58,077 bases of DNA, taken from positions 1 through 58,077 of the forward strand of contig CAXTSL010000002.1 of the NCBI GenBank assembly GCA_964246975.1, in the 5' to 3' direction. Below the pieces are notes generated by a model, which made no database searches, was not told the origin of the DNA, and saw only the letters and a list, made by a program, of their open reading frames with translations. This document shows, in pieces, positions 1 to 13,159 of this stretch. This DNA comes from an uncultured Sphingomonadaceae bacterium (GTDB lineage: Bacteria > Pseudomonadota > Alphaproteobacteria > Sphingomonadales > Sphingomonadaceae). Numbering within the stretch: the first letter of the stretch is position 1; every line of letters begins with the position of its first letter. The position numbers were made by a program, and so were the translations under genes.

Positions 1-188
1 AGTTCGCCGACCTCGGCATCCGCCTCGCCCCCGAGGTCGCCGCCTATGTCCTGACACGCATCGAGCGCAGCTTCGCGAGCGTCCGCGAGACCGTGACAGC
101 CCTCGACGCGGCGTCGCTGGCGGAAGGACGGGGGATCACCGTGCCGTTGGCGCGTGCGGTACTGGAGACGCAGTTCGACCTGCTGTGA
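1..188 (+). CDS. 3' end of HdaA/DnaA-family protein (truncated by window edge)
   Basis: Reads ..FADLGIRLAPEVAAYVLTRIERSFASVRETVTALDAASLAEGRGITVPLARAVLETQFDLL*; the YxxxRxERS..LD..SL....IT.PLAR.VL pattern is typical of the Hda C-terminus. Confidence 0.75.
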   Translation, partial: FADLGIRLAPEVAAYVLTRIERSFASVRETVTALDAASLAEGRGITVPLARAVLETQFDLL

Positions 189-243
189 GCTTACTCCCCT
201 CGTTGCGCGAAGACGCTTTCCGGTAACAGGGGCAAACGACGGC

Positions 244-786
244 TTAAACGGGTTTCAGCGCGACCCGCTCGCCCTCGGGCAGTTCGACAGTCAGCGCATC
301 GCCCGCGCGCACCTCGCCGCCGACCAGCACGATCCCCATCACCCCGGTCTTGCGGACCAGCCCGCCCGCCGCGTCGCGGTCGAGGCACGCCGCCATCAGG
401 CCCGGCATCATCCGGTCAAGCTGAACGCAGGGGTTTCGCAGCCCCGTGAGCTCGACGACCACGCTCGCGCCCAACCGCAATCGCGCGCCGCGCGGCAGGG
501 CCAGCAGGTCGATACCGCGCGTGGTGACGTTCTCGCCCAGCATGATTGGAGCGAGCGCAAAGCCCGCTGCAATCAGTTCGTCGATCAGCTCGGCCTGCAG
601 GACATGGACCTGGCGCAAATTGGCGAGCCCGGGATTGAAGCGTGCGCGCGAGCGATGCTTAACCCGCGCGCCGCAATGCGCGTCGCCCTCGACGCCAAGG
701 CCTTCGAGCAGGCGGATGACGGGCAGCGATTGCTTTGCCAGCCCGTGCTTGCGACCCGCGCCGACCGCCTCCACCATGCCCTGCAT
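244..786 (-). CDS. MOSC domain protein
   Basis: GVEGDAH, RQVH, GENVTTRG and TGLRNPC motifs. Confidence 0.9.
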   Translation of the reverse strand: MQGMVEAVGAGRKHGLAKQSLPVIRLLEGLGVEGDAHCGARVKHRSRARFNPGLANLRQVHVLQAELIDELIAAGFALAPIMLGENVTTRGIDLLALPRGARLRLGASVVVELTGLRNPCVQLDRMMPGLMAACLDRDAAGGLVRKTGVMGIVLVGGEVRAGDALTVELPEGERVALKPV

Positions 787-830
787 CGCTGCAGCCTAAA
801 CACCGGTCATCGGCGTGTCACCAACACGCT

Positions 831-1036
831 GCGCGGTGCTGGCCAAGCAGTTCGCCGACCTCGGCATCCGCCTCGCCCCCGAGGTCGCCGCCTATGTCCT
901 GACGCGCATCGAGCGCAGCTTCGCGAGCGTCCGCGAAACCGTGACAGCCCTCGACGCGGCGGCGCTGGCGGAGGGACAGGGGATCACCGTGCCGTTGGCG
1001 CGCGCGGTACTAGAGACGCAGTTCGACCTGCTGTGA
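831..1036 (+). pseudogene. Orphan duplicate of the hda-like 3' end
   Basis: Near-identical to 1-188 but has no upstream AAA+ domain; left boundary approximate. Confidence 0.8.
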
Positions 1037-1040
1037 GCGG

Positions 1041-2678
1041 CTAACGCTTGAACACGCGCTGCCCGGCGACCCAGGTCTCCTCGACGCCGACTTTCCACAG
1101 ATCGCCCGGCGGCGTGACGAACGGGTCGCGGTCGACGAGGATGAAATCGGCCCATTGACCTGCTGCAAGCGTCCCCGTGTGCGGCGCGCGATTGGCCCAT
1201 GCGGCACCGGTAGTGAACGCCGCAAAGGCTTGCGCGAAGGTCAACGCCTCGCCCGTCCGCCAGCCTTCGGCGGGCTGGCCGCTGCGGTCCTGCCGCGTCA
1301 CGGCGGCGTGGAGACCGAAGAACGGGTTCGGCGGTTCGACCGGGAAATCGCTGCCGCCCGCGAAGCGCGCGCCCGATTTCAGCAGCGTCGCCCAGGCATA
1401 GGCCCCCGCCAGCCGCGCGTCGCCGAGGCGCGCCTCCGCCATGCCCTTGTCCGAGGTGGCGTGCGTCGGCTGCATCGACGCGATGACGCCGAGGCCGGCG
1501 AAGCGCGGCAGGTCGGCGACATCGACGATCTGCGCGTGCTCGTCGCGGCAGCGCAGCTTCACGCACGACCCGGCGGGCAGTGCCGCGAAAGCGTCGAGGA
1601 CCTGCGCGTTGGCGGCGTCGCCGATGGCGTGGACCGAAATGTCGAAGCCGCCCGCCGCCGCCCTGGCGACCGACGCGCGCAGTTCGGCATCGGGATGGAA
1701 GCGCAAGCCCCGATTGCCGGGCGCGTCGGCGTAATCGGCCTTGAGCCATGCGCCGCGCGATCCCAGCGCGCCGTCGGCGTAGAGCTTGACGCCGTTCAAG
1801 GCGAGCCGCTCGTCGCCCGACCAGCGCACGGGGCCGCCGGGGGCGATCGCCGCCAGCGCGTCCATGCCCGCGGCCATACCGTCGATGCGCGCCGTCAGCC
1901 GGTGTTCGCGCTCGAAATAGCGATAGAGCTTCCACGTTCCGGCATCGACGCCCATGTCGCCAACCTGCGTCAGCCCGACCGACGCCATGATCGCCAGCGC
2001 CTTGTCGAGCGTGCGGATCGCTTCTTCGGGCGTCGCGTCGGGCAGCACCTTTTCGACGAGGTCCTTGGCGCTGTCGACGAAGACGCCCGCCGGGGCCTTG
2101 TCGGCGCTGCGCTCGATACGCCCGCCCGACGGGTCGGCGGTCGCGGCGGTCACCAAGGCAAGGCGGATCGCCGCCGTGTTCGCCCAACCCGCGTGCCCGT
2201 CGACGCGGACCAGCCACGCGGGCCGATTGGGCACCGCGCGGTCGAGTTCGAGCGCCGTCGGAAATCGTCCGGTGCCCCAACGCTCCTGATTCCAGCCGCT
2301 GCCAACGATCCAGCGCGCCGCCGGGTTAGCGTCGGCATAGGCCTTGACCTTGGCAAGCGCGGCGTCGAGCGACACGGTGTCCGACAGATCGACCGCCAGC
2401 GCGCGCTGGCCGAGTTCCATGACGTGTCCGTGCGCGTCGATTAGCCCCGGCAGCAGCGTCCGCCCGCCCGCATCGAGCGTCGTCGCGGCCTTGGGCAGCG
2501 CCGCTCCGGTCGCATAGGTCGCGGCGACCCGACCGTCGTCGCCGATGAGCATCGCGGTGAAGCGCACGACCCTGTCCTGCGCGTCGAGGGTGTAGCCGTT
2601 GGCATTGACGACGAGCAGGCGCGCGGTTGCGGGGGCGCAGGCCAGCAAGGCGGCAGCAAGAAGCAAGATTCGGGTCAT
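1041..2678 (-). CDS. Secreted metal-dependent amidohydrolase (Amidohydro_3/YtcJ-like)
   Basis: Signal peptide; PGLIDAHGH, KLYADGALGSRGA, HAIGD, EHAQ and GSDFPVE motifs. Confidence 0.9.
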   Translation of the reverse strand: MTRILLLAAALLACAPATARLLVVNANGYTLDAQDRVVRFTAMLIGDDGRVAATYATGAALPKAATTLDAGGRTLLPGLIDAHGHVMELGQRALAVDLSDTVSLDAALAKVKAYADANPAARWIVGSGWNQERWGTGRFPTALELDRAVPNRPAWLVRVDGHAGWANTAAIRLALVTAATADPSGGRIERSADKAPAGVFVDSAKDLVEKVLPDATPEEAIRTLDKALAIMASVGLTQVGDMGVDAGTWKLYRYFEREHRLTARIDGMAAGMDALAAIAPGGPVRWSGDERLALNGVKLYADGALGSRGAWLKADYADAPGNRGLRFHPDAELRASVARAAAGGFDISVHAIGDAANAQVLDAFAALPAGSCVKLRCRDEHAQIVDVADLPRFAGLGVIASMQPTHATSDKGMAEARLGDARLAGAYAWATLLKSGARFAGGSDFPVEPPNPFFGLHAAVTRQDRSGQPAEGWRTGEALTFAQAFAAFTTGAAWANRAPHTGTLAAGQWADFILVDRDPFVTPPGDLWKVGVEETWVAGQRVFKR

Positions 2679-2735
2679 GCGCAGAGTGTGACCGAAATCG
2701 GGGGGTGTAGGACAGCGAAATCTCGGCCGGCCGGA

Positions 2736-3602
2736 TCAGCCGCCGAACCGCCGGATCAAGCTCGACGTATCCTGCCGCCCGCCCCCCAGCCCCTGCACAT
2801 CGGCATAGAACTGGTCGACCAGCGCGGTCAGCGGCAACCCCAGCCGAAGCCGCGACGCCTCGGCCAGCACCAACCCCAGGTCCTTCCGCATCCAGTCGAC
2901 CGCGAAGCCGAAATCGAACTGGCCCGCCGCCATCGTCGTGGCGCGGTTGTCCATCTGCCAGCTCTGCGCCGCGCCCTTGGAAATGACGTCGACCACCGCT
3001 TCGCTGTCGAGCCCTGCCGCGCGCGCGAACGCCAGCGCTTCGGCCAAGCCTTCGAGGACGCCCGCGATGGCGATCTGGTTGACCATCTTGGTCAGCTGGC
3101 CGCTGCCAGCCGGGCCCATATGCCCCGTGCGTTTGGCGTAAGCCGCGAACACCGGCGCGGCGGCGGCAAAGGCCTGCGCCGTGCCGCCGCACATGATCGT
3201 CAGCGCGGCGTTCTCGGCCCCCGCCTGTCCGCCCGATACCGGCGCGTCGAGCGCCAGCGCGCCGCGCGCGTCCGCCGCCGCTTCCAGTTCGCGCGCGATC
3301 GTCGCCGAGACCGTGGTGTGATCGACGTACAACGCGCCCCGCCCGAGCGTCGCGAAGCATCCGTCGGGCCCGAGCGTCACGGCGCGCAGATCGTCGTCGT
3401 TGCCGACGCAGGTCAGCACGACCGCCGCTCCATCCGCCGCCGCCGCAGGGGTCGCCGCCGCGCGCCCGCCATGCGTCGCAACCCACGCTTGCGCCTTGGC
3501 GGCGGTACGGTTGAATACGGTCAGGTCGTGTCCGGCCGCCGCGAGGTGCCGTGCCATCGGCGCACCCATCACGCCGAGGCCGATGAAGGCGATTTTGGTC
3601 AA
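2736..3602 (-). CDS. NAD(P)-dependent oxidoreductase, 3-hydroxyisobutyrate dehydrogenase family
   Basis: FIGLGVMG, DAPVSGG and catalytic KMVNQ motifs; TTG start. Confidence 0.9.
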   Translation of the reverse strand: MTKIAFIGLGVMGAPMARHLAAAGHDLTVFNRTAAKAQAWVATHGGRAAATPAAAADGAAVVLTCVGNDDDLRAVTLGPDGCFATLGRGALYVDHTTVSATIARELEAAADARGALALDAPVSGGQAGAENAALTIMCGGTAQAFAAAAPVFAAYAKRTGHMGPAGSGQLTKMVNQIAIAGVLEGLAEALAFARAAGLDSEAVVDVISKGAAQSWQMDNRATTMAAGQFDFGFAVDWMRKDLGLVLAEASRLRLGLPLTALVDQFYADVQGLGGGRQDTSSLIRRFGG

Positions 3603-4279
3603 GCGTCGCTCCCTGCGTTGGGGCCGGTCGGCGGCAGTGGTTCATCGCCGGGGCCGAGCGATCCATCGTGCGCCCGTGCCGCAGCGATGGGCGGCGGCGA
3701 CGTCTCGCGGGTGAGCATCGTCGCCTTTGAAGACCATCGCCGCGCCATCGTCTGATAATTGCCGAACGTCGCGGCGCGGTAGCTCCACATTCCGTTGTCC
3801 TCGAGCTTCCAGCGTTCGCTTTGGATCCACGCGGCCGCCGCATTCCAATCGCGCACGAACGGGCCCGCCATCCACTTGCGATACATGCCCTCATCGAGGA
3901 CGCGATTGAGGATACCGAGCGCCACAAGCTCGTAGTGATTGAGATACTCGACGACCTCGTAGCGCTGCGCCTTGGTCTGCGCATCGCCCGGGTTTTCCAG
4001 CGCCGCGAACCGGCCTTCGGTGCGGATCGACCGAAACGTCTCGTGGCGCTTGCGGTAATGTTCGGACGATTCGACCTTCTCGATGAGGTCGAGCGTCGCT
4101 TTGAGCCGCGCGATCGACCGCGCGTTGCGGATATTGACCCACGCAAGGCCGATCGCCACGACGACGCCGAATGCGGCGATACCAGGCGCAATCAAGGCGT
4201 GCCAGTCGAACGGCGGGTTGGCGATGCAGGTGACGACCGCGCGCGTCGCAGCGGTGCCGGGAAGCGTCGAGCAGTCCAA
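3599..4279 (-). CDS. DUF4760-like membrane-anchored protein
   Basis: N-terminal TM helix, ATLDLI, LNHYELVALGI..LDE.MY pattern; start uncertain. Confidence 0.65.
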   Translation of the reverse strand: MDCSTLPGTAATRAVVTCIANPPFDWHALIAPGIAAFGVVVAIGLAWVNIRNARSIARLKATLDLIEKVESSEHYRKRHETFRSIRTEGRFAALENPGDAQTKAQRYEVVEYLNHYELVALGILNRVLDEGMYRKWMAGPFVRDWNAAAAWIQSERWKLEDNGMWSYRAATFGNYQTMARRWSSKATMLTRETSPPPIAAARAHDGSLGPGDEPLPPTGPNAGSDA

Positions 4280-4403
4280 GATTAGTCGCGAACGCCTTCG
4301 ATGGTCATCGTCGTTCTCCTGCCTGGACGGATATGCCGCGAGCGGCGCGGAAAGTCAAGATCGCCAACGCAACGGCCGCCCGCCGACAAGGTTGCGCGAG
4401 GTC

Positions 4404-6563
4404 TCATTCGACCACGTCGAGCACCAGTCGCGGCACAGTCTGCGGGTCCTTGAGCGCCGCGCCGCGCCCCGACAGCGAGGGGTTGGTCATGAAGTATCGG
4501 TGCAGGTTGAACGCCGGACCCGCGTGAACGAGGCGCTTGTACTGGCCATCGCCGGTCAACTCCCAGCTCTGCTCGGTGTCCTTGAGGTTCGCCAGCATGA
4601 CCTGGTCGAGGATTTGCGCGTGGACGGTCTCGTTCTCGATCGGCACCAGCACCTCGACGCGGCGGTCTAGGTTGCGCGGCATCCAGTCGGCGGACGAAAT
4701 GTAGAGCTTCGCTTCGGCGTTGGGCAGCGCGTAGCCGTTGCCGAAGGCGAAGATGCGGCTGTGTTCGAGGAATCGCCCGATCACCGAGCGGACGTGGATG
4801 TTCTCGCTGAGGCCCGCGACGCCGGGGCGCAGGCAGCAGATGCCGCGCACGATCAGCTCGATGGTCACCCCGGCTTCGCTGGCCTCGTAGAGCTTGTCGA
4901 TGATGCCGGTGTCGACGAGGCTGTTGAGCTTGGCCCAGATGCCCGCCGGACGGCCCGCCAGCGCGTTCTCGATCTCGCCGTCGATCAGCCCGTACAGCTT
5001 GTCGCGCATCGTCAGCGGCGACATGCCGAGCTTTTCGAGGTGGGTCGGCTGGACGTAGCCGGTGATGTAGTTGAGCACCTGCGCGGCGTCGCGGGCGAGC
5101 GCGGGGTCGGCGGTGAAGAACGACAGGTCGGTGTAAATGCGCGCCGTCGCGGGGTGGTAGTTGCCGGTGCCGAAATGGACATAGGTGCGGATGTTCGCCC
5201 CCTCGCGGCGCACCACCATCGACAGCTTTGCGTGGGTCTTCCACTCGACGAAGCCATAGACGACCTGCACCCCGGCGCGCTCGAGCGCGGCGGCCCACAT
5301 CAGGTTCTGCTCCTCGTCGAAGCGCGCCTTGAGTTCCACGACGGCGGTCACCGACTTGCCGGCTTCGGCGGCGTCGACCAACGCGCGGACGATCGGCGAG
5401 TTCTTGCCGGCGCGGTACAACGTCTGCTTGATCGCGATGACGTCGGGGTCGGCGGCGGCCTGCTTGAGGAACGCCAGCACGACCTCGAAGCTCTCATACG
5501 GGTGGTGGACGACGAGGTCCTTGGCGCGGATCGCCGCGAAGCAATCGCCGCCATGCTCGCGGATGCGCTCGGGGAAGCGCGGGCTGTACGGCTCGAACTT
5601 CAGGTCGGGACGATCCTCGTCGACGAGGATCGACAGGTCGGCGATGCCGAGGATGCCGGTGACGACGGTGGTGTCGCGGTCCTGCACATTGAGCGCATCG
5701 CGGACCAGGCCGCGCAGCGACGGCGGCGTCGCGGCTTCGATCTTGAGGCGGATGACCTCGCCGCGCCGCCGCCGTTTGATCGCCGTCTGGTAGTAGCGGA
5801 CGAGGTCCTCGGCCTCCTCCTCGATCTCGATGTCCGAATCGCGGATGACGCGGAACGCCCCGTCGCCGAGCAGTTCATAGCCGGGAAACAGTCGCCCGAA
5901 GAACAGCCGGATGGTGTTTTCGAGGCTGATGAAGCGCGCCGTCTTGCCGGGCAGGCGGATAAAGCGCGGCAGCATCGACGGCAGCATCAGCAGCGCGCGC
6001 AAAATCTCCTCATCCGACGAGCGGCGCAGTTCGAGGATCAGGCTGAAGCCCTTGTTGGGGATGAACGGGAACGGGTGCGCGGGGTCGATCGCCTGCGGGG
6101 TGAGCACCGGAAAAATCTGCTCGAGGAAATGGCGTTCGAGCCACTGGCGACAGTCCGGCGACAACTGCTCGGGCGAGAGGACGTGAAAATCGGCACGCGC
6201 GAGGAGCGTCAGCAGGTCGCCCCAAACCTCCTGCTGCTGCTCCATCAGCCGGTCGGCGGTCAGCGCGATGGCGGACAATTGCTCGGCGGGCGTCGCGCCC
6301 TCGGGGCTGATCGTCTCGATCCCGGCATGGACCTGGCCGCGCAGCCCCGCGACGCGGACCATGTAGAATTCGTCGAGGTTGTTGCCGCTGATCGACAGGA
6401 AGCGCAGGCGTTCTAGCAAAGGGTGGCTGCGGTTGGTCGCTTCCTCGAGGACGCGCTCATTGAACGACAGCCACGACAGCTCGCGGTTGAAGTAACGTTC
6501 GGTGTCGGCGACGCCGTCGACGACGGGGTCGCGGGCCGGAGTGCGGCGACGGGCCTGTTCCAT
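4404..6563 (-). CDS. ppk: Polyphosphate kinase 1
   Basis: [30 protein letters not shown] and RFLEHSR motifs; start at 6563 or 6572. Confidence 0.97.
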   Translation of the reverse strand: MEQARRRTPARDPVVDGVADTERYFNRELSWLSFNERVLEEATNRSHPLLERLRFLSISGNNLDEFYMVRVAGLRGQVHAGIETISPEGATPAEQLSAIALTADRLMEQQQEVWGDLLTLLARADFHVLSPEQLSPDCRQWLERHFLEQIFPVLTPQAIDPAHPFPFIPNKGFSLILELRRSSDEEILRALLMLPSMLPRFIRLPGKTARFISLENTIRLFFGRLFPGYELLGDGAFRVIRDSDIEIEEEAEDLVRYYQTAIKRRRRGEVIRLKIEAATPPSLRGLVRDALNVQDRDTTVVTGILGIADLSILVDEDRPDLKFEPYSPRFPERIREHGGDCFAAIRAKDLVVHHPYESFEVVLAFLKQAAADPDVIAIKQTLYRAGKNSPIVRALVDAAEAGKSVTAVVELKARFDEEQNLMWAAALERAGVQVVYGFVEWKTHAKLSMVVRREGANIRTYVHFGTGNYHPATARIYTDLSFFTADPALARDAAQVLNYITGYVQPTHLEKLGMSPLTMRDKLYGLIDGEIENALAGRPAGIWAKLNSLVDTGIIDKLYEASEAGVTIELIVRGICCLRPGVAGLSENIHVRSVIGRFLEHSRIFAFGNGYALPNAEAKLYISSADWMPRNLDRRVEVLVPIENETVHAQILDQVMLANLKDTEQSWELTGDGQYKRLVHAGPAFNLHRYFMTNPSLSGRGAALKDPQTVPRLVLDVVE

Positions 6564-6630
6564 GCGCGGCATGATAGCGCGGGGTTCGTGACAGGTCGAT
6601 GACCGCGACCGCAGCGTTCCGCGCGTTCCG

Positions 6631-7421
6631 TCAGTGCGGTTTCGCGAGCGCAACGGCAAAATTCGCGCGCAGCCACGCACCGAGCCATGCCTCGACCCGC
6701 TCGACGACGCCCGCGTGGAATAGCCAGTGGCCCGCGCCGGGCAGGTCGTGGTAATCGACCGGCCCCGCCCATCTGCGCGCCGTGGCGCGCGCAATGCCCG
6801 GCGGGGTGATTCGGTCCTCCGTCCCGCTGACGATCAGCACCGGCATCGTCAGCCGCGCATAGTCGACCGTCGCCGCACCGTTCCGCGCCGCCCACGGCAG
6901 GCCGAGATCGAACAGCACGCGCCCCGAATCCCACACCAGCGCGGCGATCTCGGCGTCGGCGACCGCATCGGGCACGCCGTTGAAGATGCCCCAGCGCGCC
7001 GACGCGGCGTCGACCAGCGTCGGCTGCCGCCACCAGCCCCAGTGCTTCATCACCCCCCATGTCGAGCGCAGCGCGTCGAGCGCCGGCACGTTGTTCGCGG
7101 CGGTCGCGGCGGGGCTGAGCAGGACGACGCCTGCGGGGGCCGTCCGCGCCGCCACCGCCTGCGCGAGGAAGCTGCCGAGCGAATGCCCGACGATCACCGG
7201 CGGCCGGGCGAGGCGGCTCACGTCGGCGACGAGAAAGTCGATGTAATCCTGCAGTCCCAGCGCGGCGAGTTCGGGGGCGGGAGACTGCTCGCGCGTGCGG
7301 TCATGGTGCGGCAGCGAGGGCGCGTGCGTCGCATGGCCTTGGGCCTCAAAAGTCGCGCGCAGCCCGCTCCACACGGCGGGCGTGCTCCACATGCCGTGGA
7401 TGAAGTAGAGGTCGGGGGTGC

Positions 7422-7425
<4 letters not shown>
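6631..7425 (-). CDS. Alpha/beta hydrolase
   Basis: IHGMW, GHSLG nucleophile elbow, GxEDRIT, GAGHW; GTG start overlaps the maeB stop. Confidence 0.88.
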
Positions 7426-9677
<2,252 letters not shown>

Positions 9678-9798
9678 CGCGCTGGGCCCTGTCGTCGGTG
9701 CGTCGCGCGACCTTTAGGGAAGCAGGCGCGCGGGGCAAGGCTCAGCTGTGCCGACGCGCCACGCCCGGTCGCGGCATCGCGTGGTTCTCGCGTCGTAT

Positions 9799-10713
9799 TC
9801 AGCCAACGCTCGAGAAGCTCAGCCGCCAGGTCTCGCCTTCGACGGGCACGCCGAATTCATCGTGCATCTCGGTCGAGGCGATGCGAAAACCCGCCGCCTC
9901 GTACAGCCGCCGCGCCGGCACCAGCACGCTGTGCGTCCACAGCATGATCTCGCGGTAGCCGGCGGCGCGCGCGAGGTCGACGCAGTGTCCCACCAGTGCG
10001 CGGCCCAGCCCGAGGCCGCGCGCCGCCGGCTCGACATGCAGCAGGCGCAACTGCGCGACCCCGTCGCCGGCATCGACGACGAACACCGAGCCGACCATCG
10101 TGCCGCCGCGCTCGGCGATCCAGCAATTGCTGCGCCCGGGCACGTGATCGCGCAGGAACCGCGCGCAAACTTCGAGCATCAGCAATTCCATCCCGCCCGA
10201 CCAGTCGTGTTCGCGCGCATAATATTCCGCCTGGCGCGCCACCACGCCGCCCATGTCGCCGTCGCGGAAATCGCGAATCGTCGCCACGCCGCGAGGCGCG
10301 CCGAGCATCGTGCGGACGGTGTCCAGCGCACCCACCAGTGCTGCTGCATCGACCGGCGCGAGCGGCGTCAGCGCGGCGGCGACGCGCGCATACTGTCGCG
10401 CGTCGAGGGCGTCGAACGCCGCGCGGCCTGCGTCGGTCAGTGCGATCGGACGGCGTCGCGCGTCGTCGCCGCGCCCGCGCGCGATCCAGCCGCAGGCCGT
10501 GAAGCGCCGCAGCACGCGGCTGAGATAGCCCGCGTCCATTGTCAGTTCGCTGCCGATATCGCTCGCCACCGCCGGTGACCGGCTGGCGACCTCGTAGAGC
10601 ACGCGCGCCTCCGACAGGCTCAGGTCGCTCGACAGGAAACTGGCGTCGAGCGCGCCGACGTGGCGCGTGTAGAAACGATTGAAGCTTCGCAGCGCGGCGA
10701 TGGCCTGATCCAT
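9799..10713 (-). CDS. Bifunctional MarR-family HTH / GNAT acetyltransferase
   Basis: RSFNRFYT..LSLSEARVLYE..DAGYLSR N-terminus; ARGLGLG acetyl-CoA motif. Confidence 0.9.
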   Translation of the reverse strand: MDQAIAALRSFNRFYTRHVGALDASFLSSDLSLSEARVLYEVASRSPAVASDIGSELTMDAGYLSRVLRRFTACGWIARGRGDDARRRPIALTDAGRAAFDALDARQYARVAAALTPLAPVDAAALVGALDTVRTMLGAPRGVATIRDFRDGDMGGVVARQAEYYAREHDWSGGMELLMLEVCARFLRDHVPGRSNCWIAERGGTMVGSVFVVDAGDGVAQLRLLHVEPAARGLGLGRALVGHCVDLARAAGYREIMLWTHSVLVPARRLYEAAGFRIASTEMHDEFGVPVEGETWRLSFSSVG

Positions 10714-10734
10714 GCCCAGACCATCGCGCTATTC

Positions 10735-10749
10735 GTTGACTGCGTCAAC
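10735..10749. promoter_or_regulatory. Palindrome GTTGAC-N3-GTCAAC, probable autoregulatory operator of the MarR-GNAT gene
   Basis: Perfect inverted repeat about 20 nt upstream of the start; role inferred. Confidence 0.5.
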
Positions 10750-10753
10750 CAGT

Positions 10754-13159
10754 CTAGAAACGCTTGCGCGCCGTTACGCCGAAGGTTCGCGGCGTGTTGG
10801 TGGTGAACCCGAGCCGCGCCCGCCCGCCGCGTTCGCGGTCGAACGACAGCAAGGCGTTCTCGTCGGTGACGTTGTTGACATAGGCGGTCAGGCTGAAACC
10901 GGCGTTAAGTTCGTAGGCGATGTTCAGGTTGACCAGCTGGTAGGATGGCAGTTTGAGATTGAGCAGCGTCACACCGGTGCCCGTCGCACCGCCGAAGGCA
11001 AGGCCCGAGACGAAGCTGCGCGGGTTGCCTTCCTGGTCGCTCGGCTGAGTGTAGCGGCTGCCGACATGCTGGACACTGGCGTTGAAGACGAGGTTCGAGG
11101 CGTCGCCGAGCGGCATCGTGTACGTCGCATTGCCCGAGATTTGGAAGCGCGGCACCGTCGGCAGGCGGTTGCCGTCGCGGATGCCCGCGATCACCACGCC
11201 CCCCGTCGTCGTCACGCTGCTGTCGAACTTCGAGTCGATGTAGCTGCCGGACAGGCCAAGCTCGAGGCCTTGCGCCGGGCGCGCCGACAGCTCGACCTCG
11301 ACGCCGACGGTATGCGCCTTGGGGACGTTGAAGACGACCCGCGACGAGCAGCTGCCGGCGTCGGCAGTGACCTGCAGGTTCTTGATGTCGGTGTAGAAAC
11401 CCGCGGCATTCAGCGTGAAGCCGCCGCCGCTGGCCTTGACCCCGCCTTCATAATTCCACAGCGTCTCGTCGCCGTAGCGCGGCCGATTGCCGTAGGTCCG
11501 CGCGTCGATGCCGGTCGCGCCGCCCGAGCACAGCGGGATGTTGAGCGGATCGTTGACGCCGCCGAGCCGGAAACCCTTCGACGCCTGCGCGTTGAACGTC
11601 ACTGCGTCCGACGCCTTGTAGCTCAGCAGGAAGCGCGGCGAGACGCCGTCGGACTTGGTCCGGTCAGTATTGTTGTCGCCGTTCGAGAACAGCCCGCCCG
11701 ACTTGAACTGGCGCTTTTCCTTGAAATTGTAATAGCGCAAGCCGGCGGTCGCGGTGAGCGCGTCGAAGAACTTGTAGCTCGCCTCGCCGAAAGCCGCATA
11801 CTGCTTGATATTGTACGGCAGCGACGCGTTGTACGGCGAATTGAGCGGGAAGCCGTTGGCGACGGCGACCGATGTCCCTGCCCCAAAGCGCGCATCGGTA
11901 AAGGCGTCGTAGCCCGGGGTCGGCAGGCGCTGATCGTATTTGCGATCGGTGTCGCTGTAGAAGCCGCCGATCACCCACTGAAACGGCCCGGTGCCGGTCG
12001 ACGCAATGCGCAGTTCCTGCGTGTACGACTTGACCTTTGTCGTGTCGCGCAGGTTCGACGGCAGCAGCACGCCCGCCGTCGGGAAGCCGAGATCGACCGA
12101 GACGCTGCCGGTCAGTGCGCTGGCGTCGCGGCTGACGAGGATGTCGCGGTCGGTGTAGGTCGACACCGATGTCACCGTCGCGCCGCCGAGGTCGGCTTCG
12201 GCAGTCAGGTCGGCAATCAGTGTCTCGTCGCTGAACTTCTCGCGCAGCAGCAGATATTGCTGGCGCTCCTTGAAGTTGACCACCCCGCGCGTCGTGGTGA
12301 AAGCGTTGCCGTAGAGGTTGAACACCTCCTGACGATTGAAGCCGCCGGTCTCGATCTTCTGATAGACGACGCGCGGCGTGATCTTGATGTCCTCGGTCGG
12401 CTGGAACAGCAGCGCGATGCGGCCGCCGTAGCGCTCGCCGTCGTTGACGTTCTTGCCGCCCGCCGGGCCGACCGCATCGATGAAGCCGCTGTAGTGGGTA
12501 TAATAACCGACTGCGCGCGCCGCGAACTTGTCGCTGAGCGGCAGGTTGACCGCGCCCTTCAGGCTGCCGCCGACATCGCCGCCGTCGACATAGTTGACGT
12601 CGCCCTCGACGAGCCCCTCGGTCTTGCCGATCGCCGGCTGGTTGGTGATGTAGCGGATGGTGCCGCCGACCGACCCCGAGCCGAACAGCGTGCCCTGCGG
12701 CCCGCGCAGCGTCTCGATGCGGTTGAGGTCGAAGAGGTCGAGATCGGGCGTGAACAGCGACAGCGAGATGACGCTTTCGTCGAGATAGATGCCGACCTGC
12801 TCCTTGACCCCCGGCTGGTCGCGGACGATCTGGCCCGCCGACACGCCACGGATCGAGACCTGGCTCTGGCCCGGCCCGAGGTTCTGGATGGTCAGGCCGG
12901 CAACGCTGCGGCTGATATCCTCGAGCGTCGTCGCTCCCGAGCGCTGAATAGCGAGTTGGGTCTGGGCGTTGATCGAGAACGGCACATCCTGCAGGCGGCT
13001 GTTGCGCTTGGTGGCGGTGACGATGATGTCGCCTTCGCCGCTGGCGGACGCCGCCGCATCGTCCGGCGTGGCGGTTTGGGCCGGCGTCTGCGCCGGGGCA
13101 GCAGTGGCGAGCGCGGTGCCGCACAGCAGCGCAGCCGCGTGTAGGCGCAGGCTTATCAT
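10754..13159 (-). CDS. TonB-dependent receptor
   Basis: Signal peptide, DIIVTATKR TonB box, LRGPQGTLFG, C-terminal F. Confidence 0.95.
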   Translation of the reverse strand: MISLRLHAAALLCGTALATAAPAQTPAQTATPDDAAASASGEGDIIVTATKRNSRLQDVPFSINAQTQLAIQRSGATTLEDISRSVAGLTIQNLGPGQSQVSIRGVSAGQIVRDQPGVKEQVGIYLDESVISLSLFTPDLDLFDLNRIETLRGPQGTLFGSGSVGGTIRYITNQPAIGKTEGLVEGDVNYVDGGDVGGSLKGAVNLPLSDKFAARAVGYYTHYSGFIDAVGPAGGKNVNDGERYGGRIALLFQPTEDIKITPRVVYQKIETGGFNRQEVFNLYGNAFTTTRGVVNFKERQQYLLLREKFSDETLIADLTAEADLGGATVTSVSTYTDRDILVSRDASALTGSVSVDLGFPTAGVLLPSNLRDTTKVKSYTQELRIASTGTGPFQWVIGGFYSDTDRKYDQRLPTPGYDAFTDARFGAGTSVAVANGFPLNSPYNASLPYNIKQYAAFGEASYKFFDALTATAGLRYYNFKEKRQFKSGGLFSNGDNNTDRTKSDGVSPRFLLSYKASDAVTFNAQASKGFRLGGVNDPLNIPLCSGGATGIDARTYGNRPRYGDETLWNYEGGVKASGGGFTLNAAGFYTDIKNLQVTADAGSCSSRVVFNVPKAHTVGVEVELSARPAQGLELGLSGSYIDSKFDSSVTTTGGVVIAGIRDGNRLPTVPRFQISGNATYTMPLGDASNLVFNASVQHVGSRYTQPSDQEGNPRSFVSGLAFGGATGTGVTLLNLKLPSYQLVNLNIAYELNAGFSLTAYVNNVTDENALLSFDRERGGRARLGFTTNTPRTFGVTARKRF

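Larger units (their letters stand above)
1..1038 (+). repeat. Direct repeat of about 190 bp (1-190 and 849-1038)
   Basis: Manual alignment: 7 mismatches in 190 nt, no gaps. Confidence 0.95.
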
